Shown here one piece after another: positions 36,668 through 44,863 of a stretch of 50,914 nt of DNA. The position numbers and the translations under genes were made by a program. Under the pieces are notes generated by a model. The model was not told the DNA's origin and did no database searches. It saw only the letters and a list, made by a program, of their open reading frames with translations. The stretch covers positions 1 to 50,914 of the forward strand of contig JAWODS010000237.1 in the NCBI GenBank assembly GCA_046483205.1, in the 5' to 3' direction. The stretch is from Armatimonadota bacterium. Lineage in GTDB: Bacteria > Armatimonadota > Zipacnadia > Zipacnadales > UBA11051. The number at the start of each line of letters is the position of its first letter. The stretch's first letter is position 1.

Positions 36668-36839
36668 AAATTTTCACGATTTGAAGACAGCGGCGCGACC
36701 GCGTTCGTTCGATACTTCTCGGGAGAGGTTCTCGGTGCCCGTTGACTTGGCGTAAATGGCTGTGCTATATTTCTACTGTGTAGTGTTCGAGCCTGCCAGC
36801 GAACCGTCCCGGACGAAATAAAGAGAGGTGCCCCGGACG

Positions 36840-37646
36840 ATGTCGAGATATGTCACAAGCCTGCTTATTATAGCACTTACCGCTCTGACCTTGGTGGCAT
36901 GCGCAAACACAGTGACGGTTTCTGCGGGAAGCCAGCTTGGAATTACCATAGACTCATCAGAGCCCGTCGTCAAGCTGACTGATTCTGCAGCGGTCCGTGG
37001 CGCCATCATCATGCAGCCCTCGAAAGCCCTTGCGGGGGGACAGGTCAACTTCTCCATTGACGGCAGCCTCAGGCATATCAGCGACCTGAGAGTGCCGGAC
37101 TATGCGCTCGACACCACGTCGCTTGCGGACGGCATTCACGAGGTGCGGATCGACTGGACGGACGGCGGGACGCTTCTGGCCTCCACCGGCTCCATACCCC
37201 TGCACGTGTACAACTCCACCAGCCAGGCGCTTTTCGCCCAGGCCCGCAACGCACCCGCCCCCGACTTCCTTAAGCTCAAGCGCAAGGTCATGCAGCGGGA
37301 AATCGTCTGGTTTAATGGCCGCGAGGCGGACCTGGAAAAACACGGCTTCATCCGCAACAAGCGGGTCTATATCACGCTGACGGACCTTATCCGCCATATC
37401 GGCGGAGGCATCATCTGGGGCCCAAGCCAGGATTATATCGAGGTTCACCGCAATAACATGGTTGTCCGAGTGTTCCCTCACAGTTCCAAAATACTGGTTG
37501 ACGGCAATCCCCGGTATCTCGACCGCTCCACAACGCGAAAGCAGAACCGCCTTTACGTTCCCGTTCGGCCCATGTGTCAGCTCTTTGGTGTCGGCGTGGA
37601 CTGGGAGAAAGAGATCAACCGCGCACACGTGAATTTCTCGGGCTGA
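36840..37646 (+). CDS. Lipoprotein with copper-amine-oxidase N-terminal-like ('stalk') domain
   Basis: Lipobox LTLVACAN, using ATG 36840 rather than GTG 36828. The C-terminal segment (RVYITLTDLIRHIGGGIIWGPSQDYIEVHRNN...LVDGNPRYL...LYVPVRPMCQLFGVGVDWE) has the Cu_amine_oxidN1 pattern. Confidence 0.65.
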   Translation: MSRYVTSLLIIALTALTLVACANTVTVSAGSQLGITIDSSEPVVKLTDSAAVRGAIIMQPSKALAGGQVNFSIDGSLRHISDLRVPDYALDTTSLADGIHEVRIDWTDGGTLLASTGSIPLHVYNSTSQALFAQARNAPAPDFLKLKRKVMQREIVWFNGREADLEKHGFIRNKRVYITLTDLIRHIGGGIIWGPSQDYIEVHRNNMVVRVFPHSSKILVDGNPRYLDRSTTRKQNRLYVPVRPMCQLFGVGVDWEKEINRAHVNFSG

Positions 37647-37701
37647 TGCGCCGGCGGCCGATCGCAGGCATTTGCGAACCATCCAATACGCACACGATAC
37701 G

Positions 37702-37730
37702 CCCCCTGGACTTATACGTCAGGGGGTTTT
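37702..37730 (+). terminator. Rho-independent terminator
   Basis: Stem CCCCCTG / CAGGGGG with an 11-nt loop, followed by TTTT. Because it sits here, the next gene is more likely to start at 37750 than at 37672. Confidence 0.7.
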
Positions 37731-37749
37731 GTCTGCAGGTAAATACGTT

Positions 37750-39411
37750 ATGAGCTACGGTACTGCGAGGGATCCGGCCTCGACCATTTCTGTGGGATCG
37801 GCGCATTCGTTTGTGCGTCTGATCAAGCCTGCGGCCCAACTACTGTTCGGTCTTCTTTTGATCGCCCTGTTTGTCGCGGCGGTGAATATCCGCCACTTTT
37901 CCCTCAACGGCACGGCTGTCACCACCCTCGGCCCGCTGTCGGCCGGTGACTGTGCGGCGATGATCGGTGCCGATCTTCAGCCCGGTGATCTGCATACAGT
38001 CTCCGGCGAGGTTCTCAGTCCCGGTGGCGGTAAGCCCGGCACGGTCCGGGTGAATGGTGCAGCCGTCAGCGCATCACACGCTGTCCGCTCCGGCGACAGC
38101 GTGCAGGTAAGAGCAGGTCGCGATACCACCGAGCCGCTGAAATACCGTGCGAGATGGCTCACACCCGTCATAAAACGCGGCGATAGCCTGCAATACCAGC
38201 CACATCTCACGGACACCGGCATCGGCGGCATCAAGTATGTCTCCTACGGCGCTCACAGCGGCCAGGTGCACGGCGTGCAGCTTGCCGCCGTTACGCCCGC
38301 TCCTCCACCGGGTCCTTTGGGCATCAAGCGCATAGCCCTGACCTTCGATGACGGTCCCAACCCGGTTTATACACCGCAAATCCTCGAGATCCTCGGACAA
38401 TACAACGCTCACGCGACGTTTTTCACAGTCGGCACATTCGCGCAAAAGTATCCCGACATCGTACAGCAGGTCCTCGACGGGGGTCACGAGATCGGCTGTC
38501 ACACCTGGGGACATCCCAACTGCACCGAGCTCTCCTCCAGGGAGGTTCAAAGCCAGCTTTCGCGGTGGAAAGACGCCTGCGCCGCGCACCGGCAGGCGAC
38601 GATGCGGTGGTTCCGGCCGCCGTATGGTGCCACCGACAGCCGCGTCCGCAGCATCTGTACCGGCGCGGGGTACCGCACCATCCTGTGGACCGGTGACACC
38701 GCCGACTGGACCAGGCCCGGGGCCGATGCCATCTACCAGCGCGCCCTCAACGCCGCCCGTGACGGAGCCTGCATCCTCATGCACGACGGCGGTGGGCCGA
38801 GAAGCCAGACGGTCGCAGCGGTCAGGAAGCTTGTGCCCGAACTGCAGCGCCGGGGGTATCAGCTTGTGACGCTGTCGGAGATGTACGGCTACGAGCCGGC
38901 GTGGAACTCCGATTTCATCATCCAGACCGACAGAGGCGCTCTGCGGTTAAGCCGCGCCGACGAGGAGCTGCAGGTTTCCATCAACGGACAGGTCGCCACA
39001 CTTCCGGTGCATCCGGTGGAGATTGACGGCCAGCTTCTCCTCCCCGCCCGGCCGACACTTCAGAAGCTGGGATGTGACGTGCGGTTTGATAAGTCTGAGG
39101 CGCGTTTGACGCTCGACACGCCGTCCGGCACGCTGCAGATGTCTCTGTATCGCTGTATGATGGAAGTCGGTGACCGTGAAATCTGGATGGCCGTGCCGCC
39201 TGTATTCTTCAGGGGAAACTGCATGATCCCGCTGTGGGTGCTGGTGGAATACTGTGGCGCCCGCGCCGCCTACGACCCTCTCCATACCACCCTGCACATC
39301 CACGGACAGTACTCTCCGGATGTCCTCTCACTGCCCCCCGTTCAGGAACGCCACAGCCCTTCAGATAATGAAAACATCGCCTGGCACGAACGTCTCAGCA
39401 TCATGCGCTGA
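37750..39411 (+). CDS. Polysaccharide deacetylase (NodB homology, CE4) with C-terminal copper-amine-oxidase-N-like domain
   Basis: NodB motifs: IALTFDDGPNP (motif 1) and GHEIGCHTWGHP (motif 2), then RPPYG and ILMHD. The N-terminus has a membrane anchor. The C-terminal ~170 aa resemble the stalk domain of the preceding gene. Confidence 0.85.
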   Translation: MSYGTARDPASTISVGSAHSFVRLIKPAAQLLFGLLLIALFVAAVNIRHFSLNGTAVTTLGPLSAGDCAAMIGADLQPGDLHTVSGEVLSPGGGKPGTVRVNGAAVSASHAVRSGDSVQVRAGRDTTEPLKYRARWLTPVIKRGDSLQYQPHLTDTGIGGIKYVSYGAHSGQVHGVQLAAVTPAPPPGPLGIKRIALTFDDGPNPVYTPQILEILGQYNAHATFFTVGTFAQKYPDIVQQVLDGGHEIGCHTWGHPNCTELSSREVQSQLSRWKDACAAHRQATMRWFRPPYGATDSRVRSICTGAGYRTILWTGDTADWTRPGADAIYQRALNAARDGACILMHDGGGPRSQTVAAVRKLVPELQRRGYQLVTLSEMYGYEPAWNSDFIIQTDRGALRLSRADEELQVSINGQVATLPVHPVEIDGQLLLPARPTLQKLGCDVRFDKSEARLTLDTPSGTLQMSLYRCMMEVGDREIWMAVPPVFFRGNCMIPLWVLVEYCGARAAYDPLHTTLHIHGQYSPDVLSLPPVQERHSPSDNENIAWHERLSIMR

Positions 39412-39522
39412 TTGCACCGGAAACGGCCCACGGGGCGGTCGGGAAGATTCGCGACCGGATGAGCTATGGCCGCGACCCCAGGCGCAGGCCGGAATAGGCT
39501 TTGCCCACATTGCCTCAAAACG

Positions 39523-41175
39523 CTATTGCGTGCTTTGGGGTGTCAGCTTCTCCTGGCCGGCGATCGTGACGCCCTCTTCGGTGACCTCCAATACGACGCC
39601 GCGGATGTCTGACCCGGCGCCCTCGGTGTAATAGACCATGAACACGCGGCCGTCGTGAAGCTGTGCGAAGCTCGGGTAGCCGCCGATGACGCGGTCGATA
39701 ATCTTCGGGCCGTTCCAGGTCTGTCCGTAATCCGCGCTCCACGCCACCGAGGTGCTGCGGGTGGGACGATGGCGGAATCCGGCGAGAAGGATGTCATCAT
39801 CAGTCAGCAGCAGATTCGGCGCATCGCCAGTGAACCCCAGTTCCTGTGGCTCCGACCAGGTGACACCACCGTCCTCGGACACCGACCAGTCCATCGTCGG
39901 GCGGATGAGCATGTAGATGCGGCCATCGGGGAGCGGCTCTATGGAGGGCTCATGCAGGTTCTGACCCCGGTTTGGCTCCAGCACCGCCACCTCCGGCCAT
40001 GTCTTTCCCATATCCTCCGAACGCAGCACCGCGCATGGCGTTCCCGGATCCTGTGAATCGGTGTATCGAAAGTACACCGGCAAAAGCAGCGTGCCGTCAT
40101 CGAGCTCCGTGACCGGCTCGGAGACTGCCGTCGAAGCGACCTCCTTATCGATGGGCAGAGGGACGTGCTGCGGCTCGCCCCAGGTTTCCCCACCATCGGT
40201 CGAGCGGACGGTGAACACTCTCGCTCCCGGCGTGCGGTCGGGATCCCTGTCGAAATAGCTCACCAGCAAATCACCATTGGAAAGCTGCGCGATGGAGGGG
40301 TCCCGGTCGTCCAGCGGCGTATCAACGACTATCTCGGGCTCGCTCCACGTCCGCCCCTCATCGGCCGAGCGCACCATACTCACACGCCCGCCTTTGGGAT
40401 GCTCTTCATTGGGCAGTGACACGTGCCGGTAGCCCGCGTAAAAGACGCACAGAAGCTCACCGTCGTGTGTGCGGCAGATATCGGGAAACGCCTCATACTC
40501 CCCGGCTCCGGCATCAGTGCAGACCTCCACCCATGCCGGACGGGTCACTGAAAACCCTTCATCCACGCCGCCGTCGGTGCCCTCGACCACAAAATCATCA
40601 AACGCAATGTCGCCCTGCCCGGCGCGCAATCCCACCACACCACTCTCATAGGCATCATCGCGCACCGTGAAGAGCTCCTGGTCGTCGAGGGATACGGTGT
40701 GCGTGTCACCTTCAAACTCGACCCGGGCCGAATGCCACTGCTCCTGCTGAATCTGTATGGGCCGGTGGCGGTGGGTGTTGTCCGGCGTCCACGATTTGTC
40801 GGGCTCCTTGCGCACCCACACGACCTGGCTGTTTTGGCTGTCAAAATGGATGTAATAGAAGCTGTTTTCATCCACCGCTCGGTAGATGAGACCGGGGGCC
40901 TTCACACCCGAGCCGGCCGGGTGGATGAAAAAGCGCACCTGTATGGCGCCATCGGTGTACACATGAGGGTAGAAGGCGCAGGTACCGCGGAAGCCCCCAC
41001 GAGGCTGGCGCAAATGACCGTCCTCAAGGCTCCAGCTATCACGGTCGGCCAGCCATTCCTCGAAATCCGCCGTATCATCGAACGACAGCTCGACATCCGC
41101 CACAGACTGGCATGCCGTGAAAAATGCGGACAGTAAGACGATCACGATGAACATGTGGGCGATATATCGGTTCAT
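39523..41175 (-). CDS. BNR/Asp-box exo-alpha-sialidase-like glycosidase fused to an N-terminal ConA/LamG-like (DUF1080-like) domain; lipoprotein
   Basis: Five Asp-boxes: SADEGRTW, STDGGETW, SEDMGKTW, SEDGGVTW, SADYGQTW. The N-terminal jelly-roll segment is WSLEDGHLRQ...FYYIHFDSQ...GDIAFDDFVV. I set the start at ATG 41175 (MNRYIAHMFIVIVLLSAFFTAC) with AGGAG upstream. Confidence 0.85.
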   Translation of the reverse strand: MNRYIAHMFIVIVLLSAFFTACQSVADVELSFDDTADFEEWLADRDSWSLEDGHLRQPRGGFRGTCAFYPHVYTDGAIQVRFFIHPAGSGVKAPGLIYRAVDENSFYYIHFDSQNSQVVWVRKEPDKSWTPDNTHRHRPIQIQQEQWHSARVEFEGDTHTVSLDDQELFTVRDDAYESGVVGLRAGQGDIAFDDFVVEGTDGGVDEGFSVTRPAWVEVCTDAGAGEYEAFPDICRTHDGELLCVFYAGYRHVSLPNEEHPKGGRVSMVRSADEGRTWSEPEIVVDTPLDDRDPSIAQLSNGDLLVSYFDRDPDRTPGARVFTVRSTDGGETWGEPQHVPLPIDKEVASTAVSEPVTELDDGTLLLPVYFRYTDSQDPGTPCAVLRSEDMGKTWPEVAVLEPNRGQNLHEPSIEPLPDGRIYMLIRPTMDWSVSEDGGVTWSEPQELGFTGDAPNLLLTDDDILLAGFRHRPTRSTSVAWSADYGQTWNGPKIIDRVIGGYPSFAQLHDGRVFMVYYTEGAGSDIRGVVLEVTEEGVTIAGQEKLTPQSTQ

Positions 41176-41347
41176 GGATTTCTCCTGCCTGTCGGTTGGT
41201 GTCGAAGGTCGTTTTACCACTGTGTACATTGACCGCCATCGGGCGATTCGCCTTCCCGCCGGGAGGGAAGTCTTCATCCTGCGGCGAAGGTCGTCTGTGA
41301 CATAAAGATTTGGCATGCAACGTCACACGCTGAGATGAGGAGCTATT

Positions 41348-41992
41348 ATGCAACTGCAGCAAAAAGCACCCGACAATGCGAAAATCCTGTTCGATGGAAC
41401 GAGCTTTGAGGGCTGGACACATCCCGACGGGTCCGACGTTCAGTGGATTCTGCAGGACGGTATCATGACGGTTGAGCCGAGGACCTCCAATATTGCCACC
41501 ACTGAGAACCACACCGACTGCCGCCTGCACATCGAGTTCCGCTGCCCGGATATGCCGCAGGCGGAGGGCCAGGCGAAGGGCAACTCCGGCGTGTTTTTGC
41601 AGGGTCGCTACGAGATCCAGGTGCTGGACTCCTACGGCTGGGAGGTTCCCGGCCTGGGCGACTGCGGGGCCCTGTATAACCAACACGCGCCACTGGTCAA
41701 CGCCTGCCGGCCGCCGATGGAGTGGCAGAGCTATGACGTGTTCTTCCGCGCTCCCCGCTTCGAGGATGGCGAGATGATCAGCGACGCCCGCATGACGGTG
41801 CTGCACAACGGTATCGTTATCCAGAACAACGTCGAGCTTGATGGCCCGACCGGCGCGGCTGCAAATCGTGAAGAAGATGTTTCGCAGCCGGGTCCGCTGG
41901 TGCTGCAGGATCACGGAGATGAGGTCTCCTACCGCAATATCTGGATGGTTGATCTGCCCGAAGAGGGCTCCAGCACATACGAGCCGCGCTGA
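41348..41992 (+). CDS. DUF1080 (3-keto-disaccharide hydrolase-like) domain protein
   Basis: Motifs: LFDGTSFEGW, NSGVFLQGRYEIQVLDS, GALYNQHAP, WQSYDVFFRAP, NGIVIQNN and GPLVLQDHGDEVSYRNIWMVDL. This is the full DUF1080 motif series. GAGGAG lies 5 nt upstream of the ATG. Confidence 0.85.
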   Translation: MQLQQKAPDNAKILFDGTSFEGWTHPDGSDVQWILQDGIMTVEPRTSNIATTENHTDCRLHIEFRCPDMPQAEGQAKGNSGVFLQGRYEIQVLDSYGWEVPGLGDCGALYNQHAPLVNACRPPMEWQSYDVFFRAPRFEDGEMISDARMTVLHNGIVIQNNVELDGPTGAAANREEDVSQPGPLVLQDHGDEVSYRNIWMVDLPEEGSSTYEPR

Positions 41993-42119
41993 CGGGGTGA
42001 AGACTGCTGCCGGGGCCGGCGGTGGGTAATGTCTGTCATACGGTGTCCCGGAGCATCCGTAAACCCGCTGCATTGTGACGCCAGAGTCCTGATTTATCTG
42101 TACAGAGAGTACTGCGTTT

Positions 42120-42191
42120 GAGCCGTGGTTATTCGTCTCCGTTCGAGGCCGTATCTGCCCCTCCAGAGACGATACCACGGCTCATCTTTTT
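42120..42191 (+). terminator. Long stem-loop with U6 tail (terminator of the DUF1080 gene or small structured RNA)
   Basis: GAGCCGTGGTTATTCGTCTC pairs with GAGACGATACCACGGCTC: about 18 bp with two bulged T and a 26-nt loop. ATCTTTTTT follows. It starts 128 nt after the stop codon. Confidence 0.55.
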
Positions 42192-42330
42192 TGCAGAACA
42201 TATAGCGCACGATCCCGCCGAACTGTGAAGACACCAAAGAGGGGTCCTGGTGTTTGCAGGCCGGGGGGCCTATTGCAGGTAAACGAGCAGACGCATCGCC
42301 CTGGACATTCGTGTGTCACTGCTGTCGCTA

Positions 42331-42364
42331 TAAAAAAAGCCGCGCCCCACGAAGGGACGCGGCT
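42331..42364 (-). terminator. Rho-independent terminator of the transaldolase-family gene
   Basis: On the minus strand: AGCCGCG-T-CCC, a 5-nt loop, then GGG-G-CGCGGCT (7 + 3 bp around one C-A mismatch), followed by TTTTTTT. It lies 26 nt after the stop codon. Confidence 0.7.
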
Positions 42365-42389
42365 GAAGTGTTTTGAGACAGACAGGCCG

Positions 42390-43808
42390 TTATTCGGACA
42401 TCCAGGCTACGAAGTCATCATAGCCCTCCGCGAAACCTGTCAGGGTCCTGACAACCGGCAGGAAGTCATCGAACTCGTCAACCGTCATGCCGTCAGGCTC
42501 ATAGGCCTTCCTGAACAGCTCGGACTTGTACAGCGTGTCCAGATAGCCGTCGGGAATTTCGGCCCACATGCCCTTCGGATCCAGCTCGCGGTGCTCGCTG
42601 TCGAATTCCTCCTGGCGGTCGGGGAAGACCGTGAGGAAGATCGGCATCGGCCCATCGGTCAGAGAGCGCTCGATGTTCCAGGGGCCGCGGCCGGATGCGG
42701 GCAGCGGAATGGACTTGTCCATGCCGAGGCCGCCCTGTTCCGGAGGCATGCACAGCATCCGGTATTCACGCTGCCGGATGGCCGTTGTGCACCACTTCTT
42801 GACCTCTTCCCAGTTCTCGACACCCTTCTGCTCGAGCTCTTCGCCCACGGGATCGTCGAGGCGGCCGTCCATCTGTGTGCGGTAACAGACAGGCACAGTG
42901 GAATTTTTCTGGATGGCGCCCGCGAAGGCGATCTGCTGGGGCAGCGAGTAGTTGACAGTGATGTTTACACCCATGCCCTCTGCGGTGACGGTGCTGGCCA
43001 CTTCGATACCGGCCTTGGTTCCCGGAACCTTAAAGACACAGTTGGGGGTTCCGCCGAGCGCGTTTGTGAGCCGCTCCCAGACCCACCGGGCTCCCTCGAT
43101 CATCGAATCAGCATTGTGAGCCTCTTTGGGATTAAGCTGCAGCGAGACATACCCCATCGCGCGGTCGGTCAGCTCCCAGATCGGGCGGAGCAGGCGGGCG
43201 TTGGCCACGACAACCTCGATGGTCATCGCGTAGGCCAGCTCTTCAGCGCTCATGTCGGGGTTCTGCTCTTTGATGCGGTCGCGCACGGGCGTCCAGTACT
43301 CTGGATCCTCCTCCCGGGCGATGTTCACAAGAACCGGGTTGGTGGTTACCATCGCGGCGCCCTTGCGCATGGCGGCACGCAGGTGAGCGGCGTAGTCATT
43401 GCCCCACCAGGTATTGAGCTCTCCCGCCATGGCCATGCGGGTCATCCGGGCCAGATTGGAGGTCTGAATGTCTTCGACGGTCTCGTTGACCTGTGCGATC
43501 AAGCCAGTGCGACCCCACTCTTTGAGCGCGGCGAGGTTTTCCTCGGCCAGGGCCGCCAGGTCGTCGTCGGTCAGCGCCGCATCGCCGTGCAGGTCTGCGT
43601 TCTTCAGATACCAGTCGGCCAGCACTGACTGCAGATCAATGGTGTTTTCGGCCAGAAGTTCGGCCGCCTCGTTGCGCATCTCATCATTCACGGCGCCGGC
43701 GTAGATGGCCTGAAGCTCCTCTCGCCATGATTCCAGCTCACTGGCAAGTGAGGCCGGATCGGTGTCGAACATAAATTTCTCGAGTACTTTCAGTCCACGG
43801 TCTGTCAT
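42390..43808 (-). CDS. Transaldolase-family protein (long form)
   Basis: Motifs: MVTTNPVLV (TTNP motif), GYVSLQLNP and NCVFKVPGTKAGIEVA (Schiff-base Lys context), and GVNITVNYSLPQ. I prefer ATG 43808 with GGGAGA 8 nt upstream over the TTG at 43814. Confidence 0.75.
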   Translation of the reverse strand: MTDRGLKVLEKFMFDTDPASLASELESWREELQAIYAGAVNDEMRNEAAELLAENTIDLQSVLADWYLKNADLHGDAALTDDDLAALAEENLAALKEWGRTGLIAQVNETVEDIQTSNLARMTRMAMAGELNTWWGNDYAAHLRAAMRKGAAMVTTNPVLVNIAREEDPEYWTPVRDRIKEQNPDMSAEELAYAMTIEVVVANARLLRPIWELTDRAMGYVSLQLNPKEAHNADSMIEGARWVWERLTNALGGTPNCVFKVPGTKAGIEVASTVTAEGMGVNITVNYSLPQQIAFAGAIQKNSTVPVCYRTQMDGRLDDPVGEELEQKGVENWEEVKKWCTTAIRQREYRMLCMPPEQGGLGMDKSIPLPASGRGPWNIERSLTDGPMPIFLTVFPDRQEEFDSEHRELDPKGMWAEIPDGYLDTLYKSELFRKAYEPDGMTVDEFDDFLPVVRTLTGFAEGYDDFVAWMSE

Positions 43809-43920
43809 TGGCAAAGTCTCCCGTTCGTAGTTTTCGCGTCAGGATATCTCACAGGGGATAAACGCACGGGCAGGTGCAGAAACACCTACCCCGCGCGAAT
43901 TGCAGGCTATCATGTATGGA

Positions 43921-43949
43921 ATTTTACAACATGCAGTGCGCCCTGTCCA
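43921..43949 (-). promoter_or_regulatory. Candidate sigma70-type promoter for the transaldolase-family gene
   Basis: On the minus strand: TGGACA, 17 bp, then TAAAAT (one mismatch in each hexamer), ~115 nt upstream of ATG 43808. Confidence 0.3.
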
Positions 43950-44061
43950 ATTGTAGGGGTTCTACACCGCCGGACGTTTATCCTTCATCGTCCGTGTTTT
44001 ATGTCTGCGTGTAAGATGAATATGTCTGGAATATGCGCACGCCTCGGCGTGCCGCTTAAAC

Positions 44062-44781
44062 TCACGGCAGCATGCTTTTGGGGCGGATGCGGGGCCAGAC
44101 CCACGCGGCCTGGAAGCCCTCGGCGTACTCCACTCCCCCGCCCTGCAGCCCGCGCATCTTCGCTACACCGTCCATGAAGTCCAGGATGTCGATGTCATCG
44201 TGCTCCTTCAGCCACGTCACCTGGCTGTCATGGCATTTCATCATCTCGACCTTTGTGTCATAGGTGTCGGTGATGTCCACGATGAACTCCGGCTCGAAGT
44301 TCGCCCCGGCGAGGGTATCCATGTAGAAGATGGCGGCCATGCCGTCGGGCGGTCGCGTCTCCGTCTTTATGTTGGGGATGGTCGCCACGAAGGCGGCGGC
44401 AAAGACCAGCTCGGAGGTCACGCGGTGGTCCGGGTGGTAATCATCCGGGTTGTGGGTGATGATCACCTGCGGATTCGCCCAGCGGATCATCTCGATAAAC
44501 TTCATGCGGGTGTCTCGGTTGTGAAAAAGCAGCTCATCGGGCTCGCCGACCCAGTACGTTTCGGCGCCGATGACCGCGGCGGATTTTTCAAGCTCCTCTT
44601 TGCGGATATCGGCGAGCTCATCCGGCGGGATGACGGCGTGACCGGCGCTCCCGTCGGTGGCAACGGCCATAAAGACCTCGTGGCCCTGTTCGGCATATTT
44701 GGCGAGTGTGCCGGCGGCGAGGATCTCCAGGTCGTCGGGATGAGCTCCAACACCGAGCACACGCAACTTTTCGTCAGACAT
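44062..44781 (-). CDS. PIG-L/LmbE-family N-acetylglucosaminyl deacetylase
   Basis: VLGVGAHPDDLEILAAGTLAKY (the AHPDD metal motif), then HPDH further on. I set the start at ATG 44781 with GGGAG upstream. Confidence 0.85.
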   Translation of the reverse strand: MSDEKLRVLGVGAHPDDLEILAAGTLAKYAEQGHEVFMAVATDGSAGHAVIPPDELADIRKEELEKSAAVIGAETYWVGEPDELLFHNRDTRMKFIEMIRWANPQVIITHNPDDYHPDHRVTSELVFAAAFVATIPNIKTETRPPDGMAAIFYMDTLAGANFEPEFIVDITDTYDTKVEMMKCHDSQVTWLKEHDDIDILDFMDGVAKMRGLQGGGVEYAEGFQAAWVWPRIRPKSMLP

Positions 44782-44863
44782 CAGATCACTCCCATAAGGT
44801 ACTGCAGTCACGGGACCAGGGCTATTCTAACATGCTCCGCGGCACAGGTGAATACCTGCGGCG

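Noticed and set aside
42140-42150. GTTCGAGGCC resembling a tRNA T-loop.
   Set aside because: It sits in the loop of the long hairpin. No acceptor, D or anticodon arms can be drawn around it, so it is not a tRNA.
41075-42178. 367-aa ORF on the minus strand.
   Set aside because: It is antisense to the DUF1080 gene and spans two intergenic regions. It has no ribosome-binding site and no recognisable motif.
42225-43628. 467-aa ORF on the plus strand.
   Set aside because: It is antisense to the transaldolase-family gene, which shows the TTNP and KVPGT motifs. Its translation has no motifs and a shadow-ORF composition.
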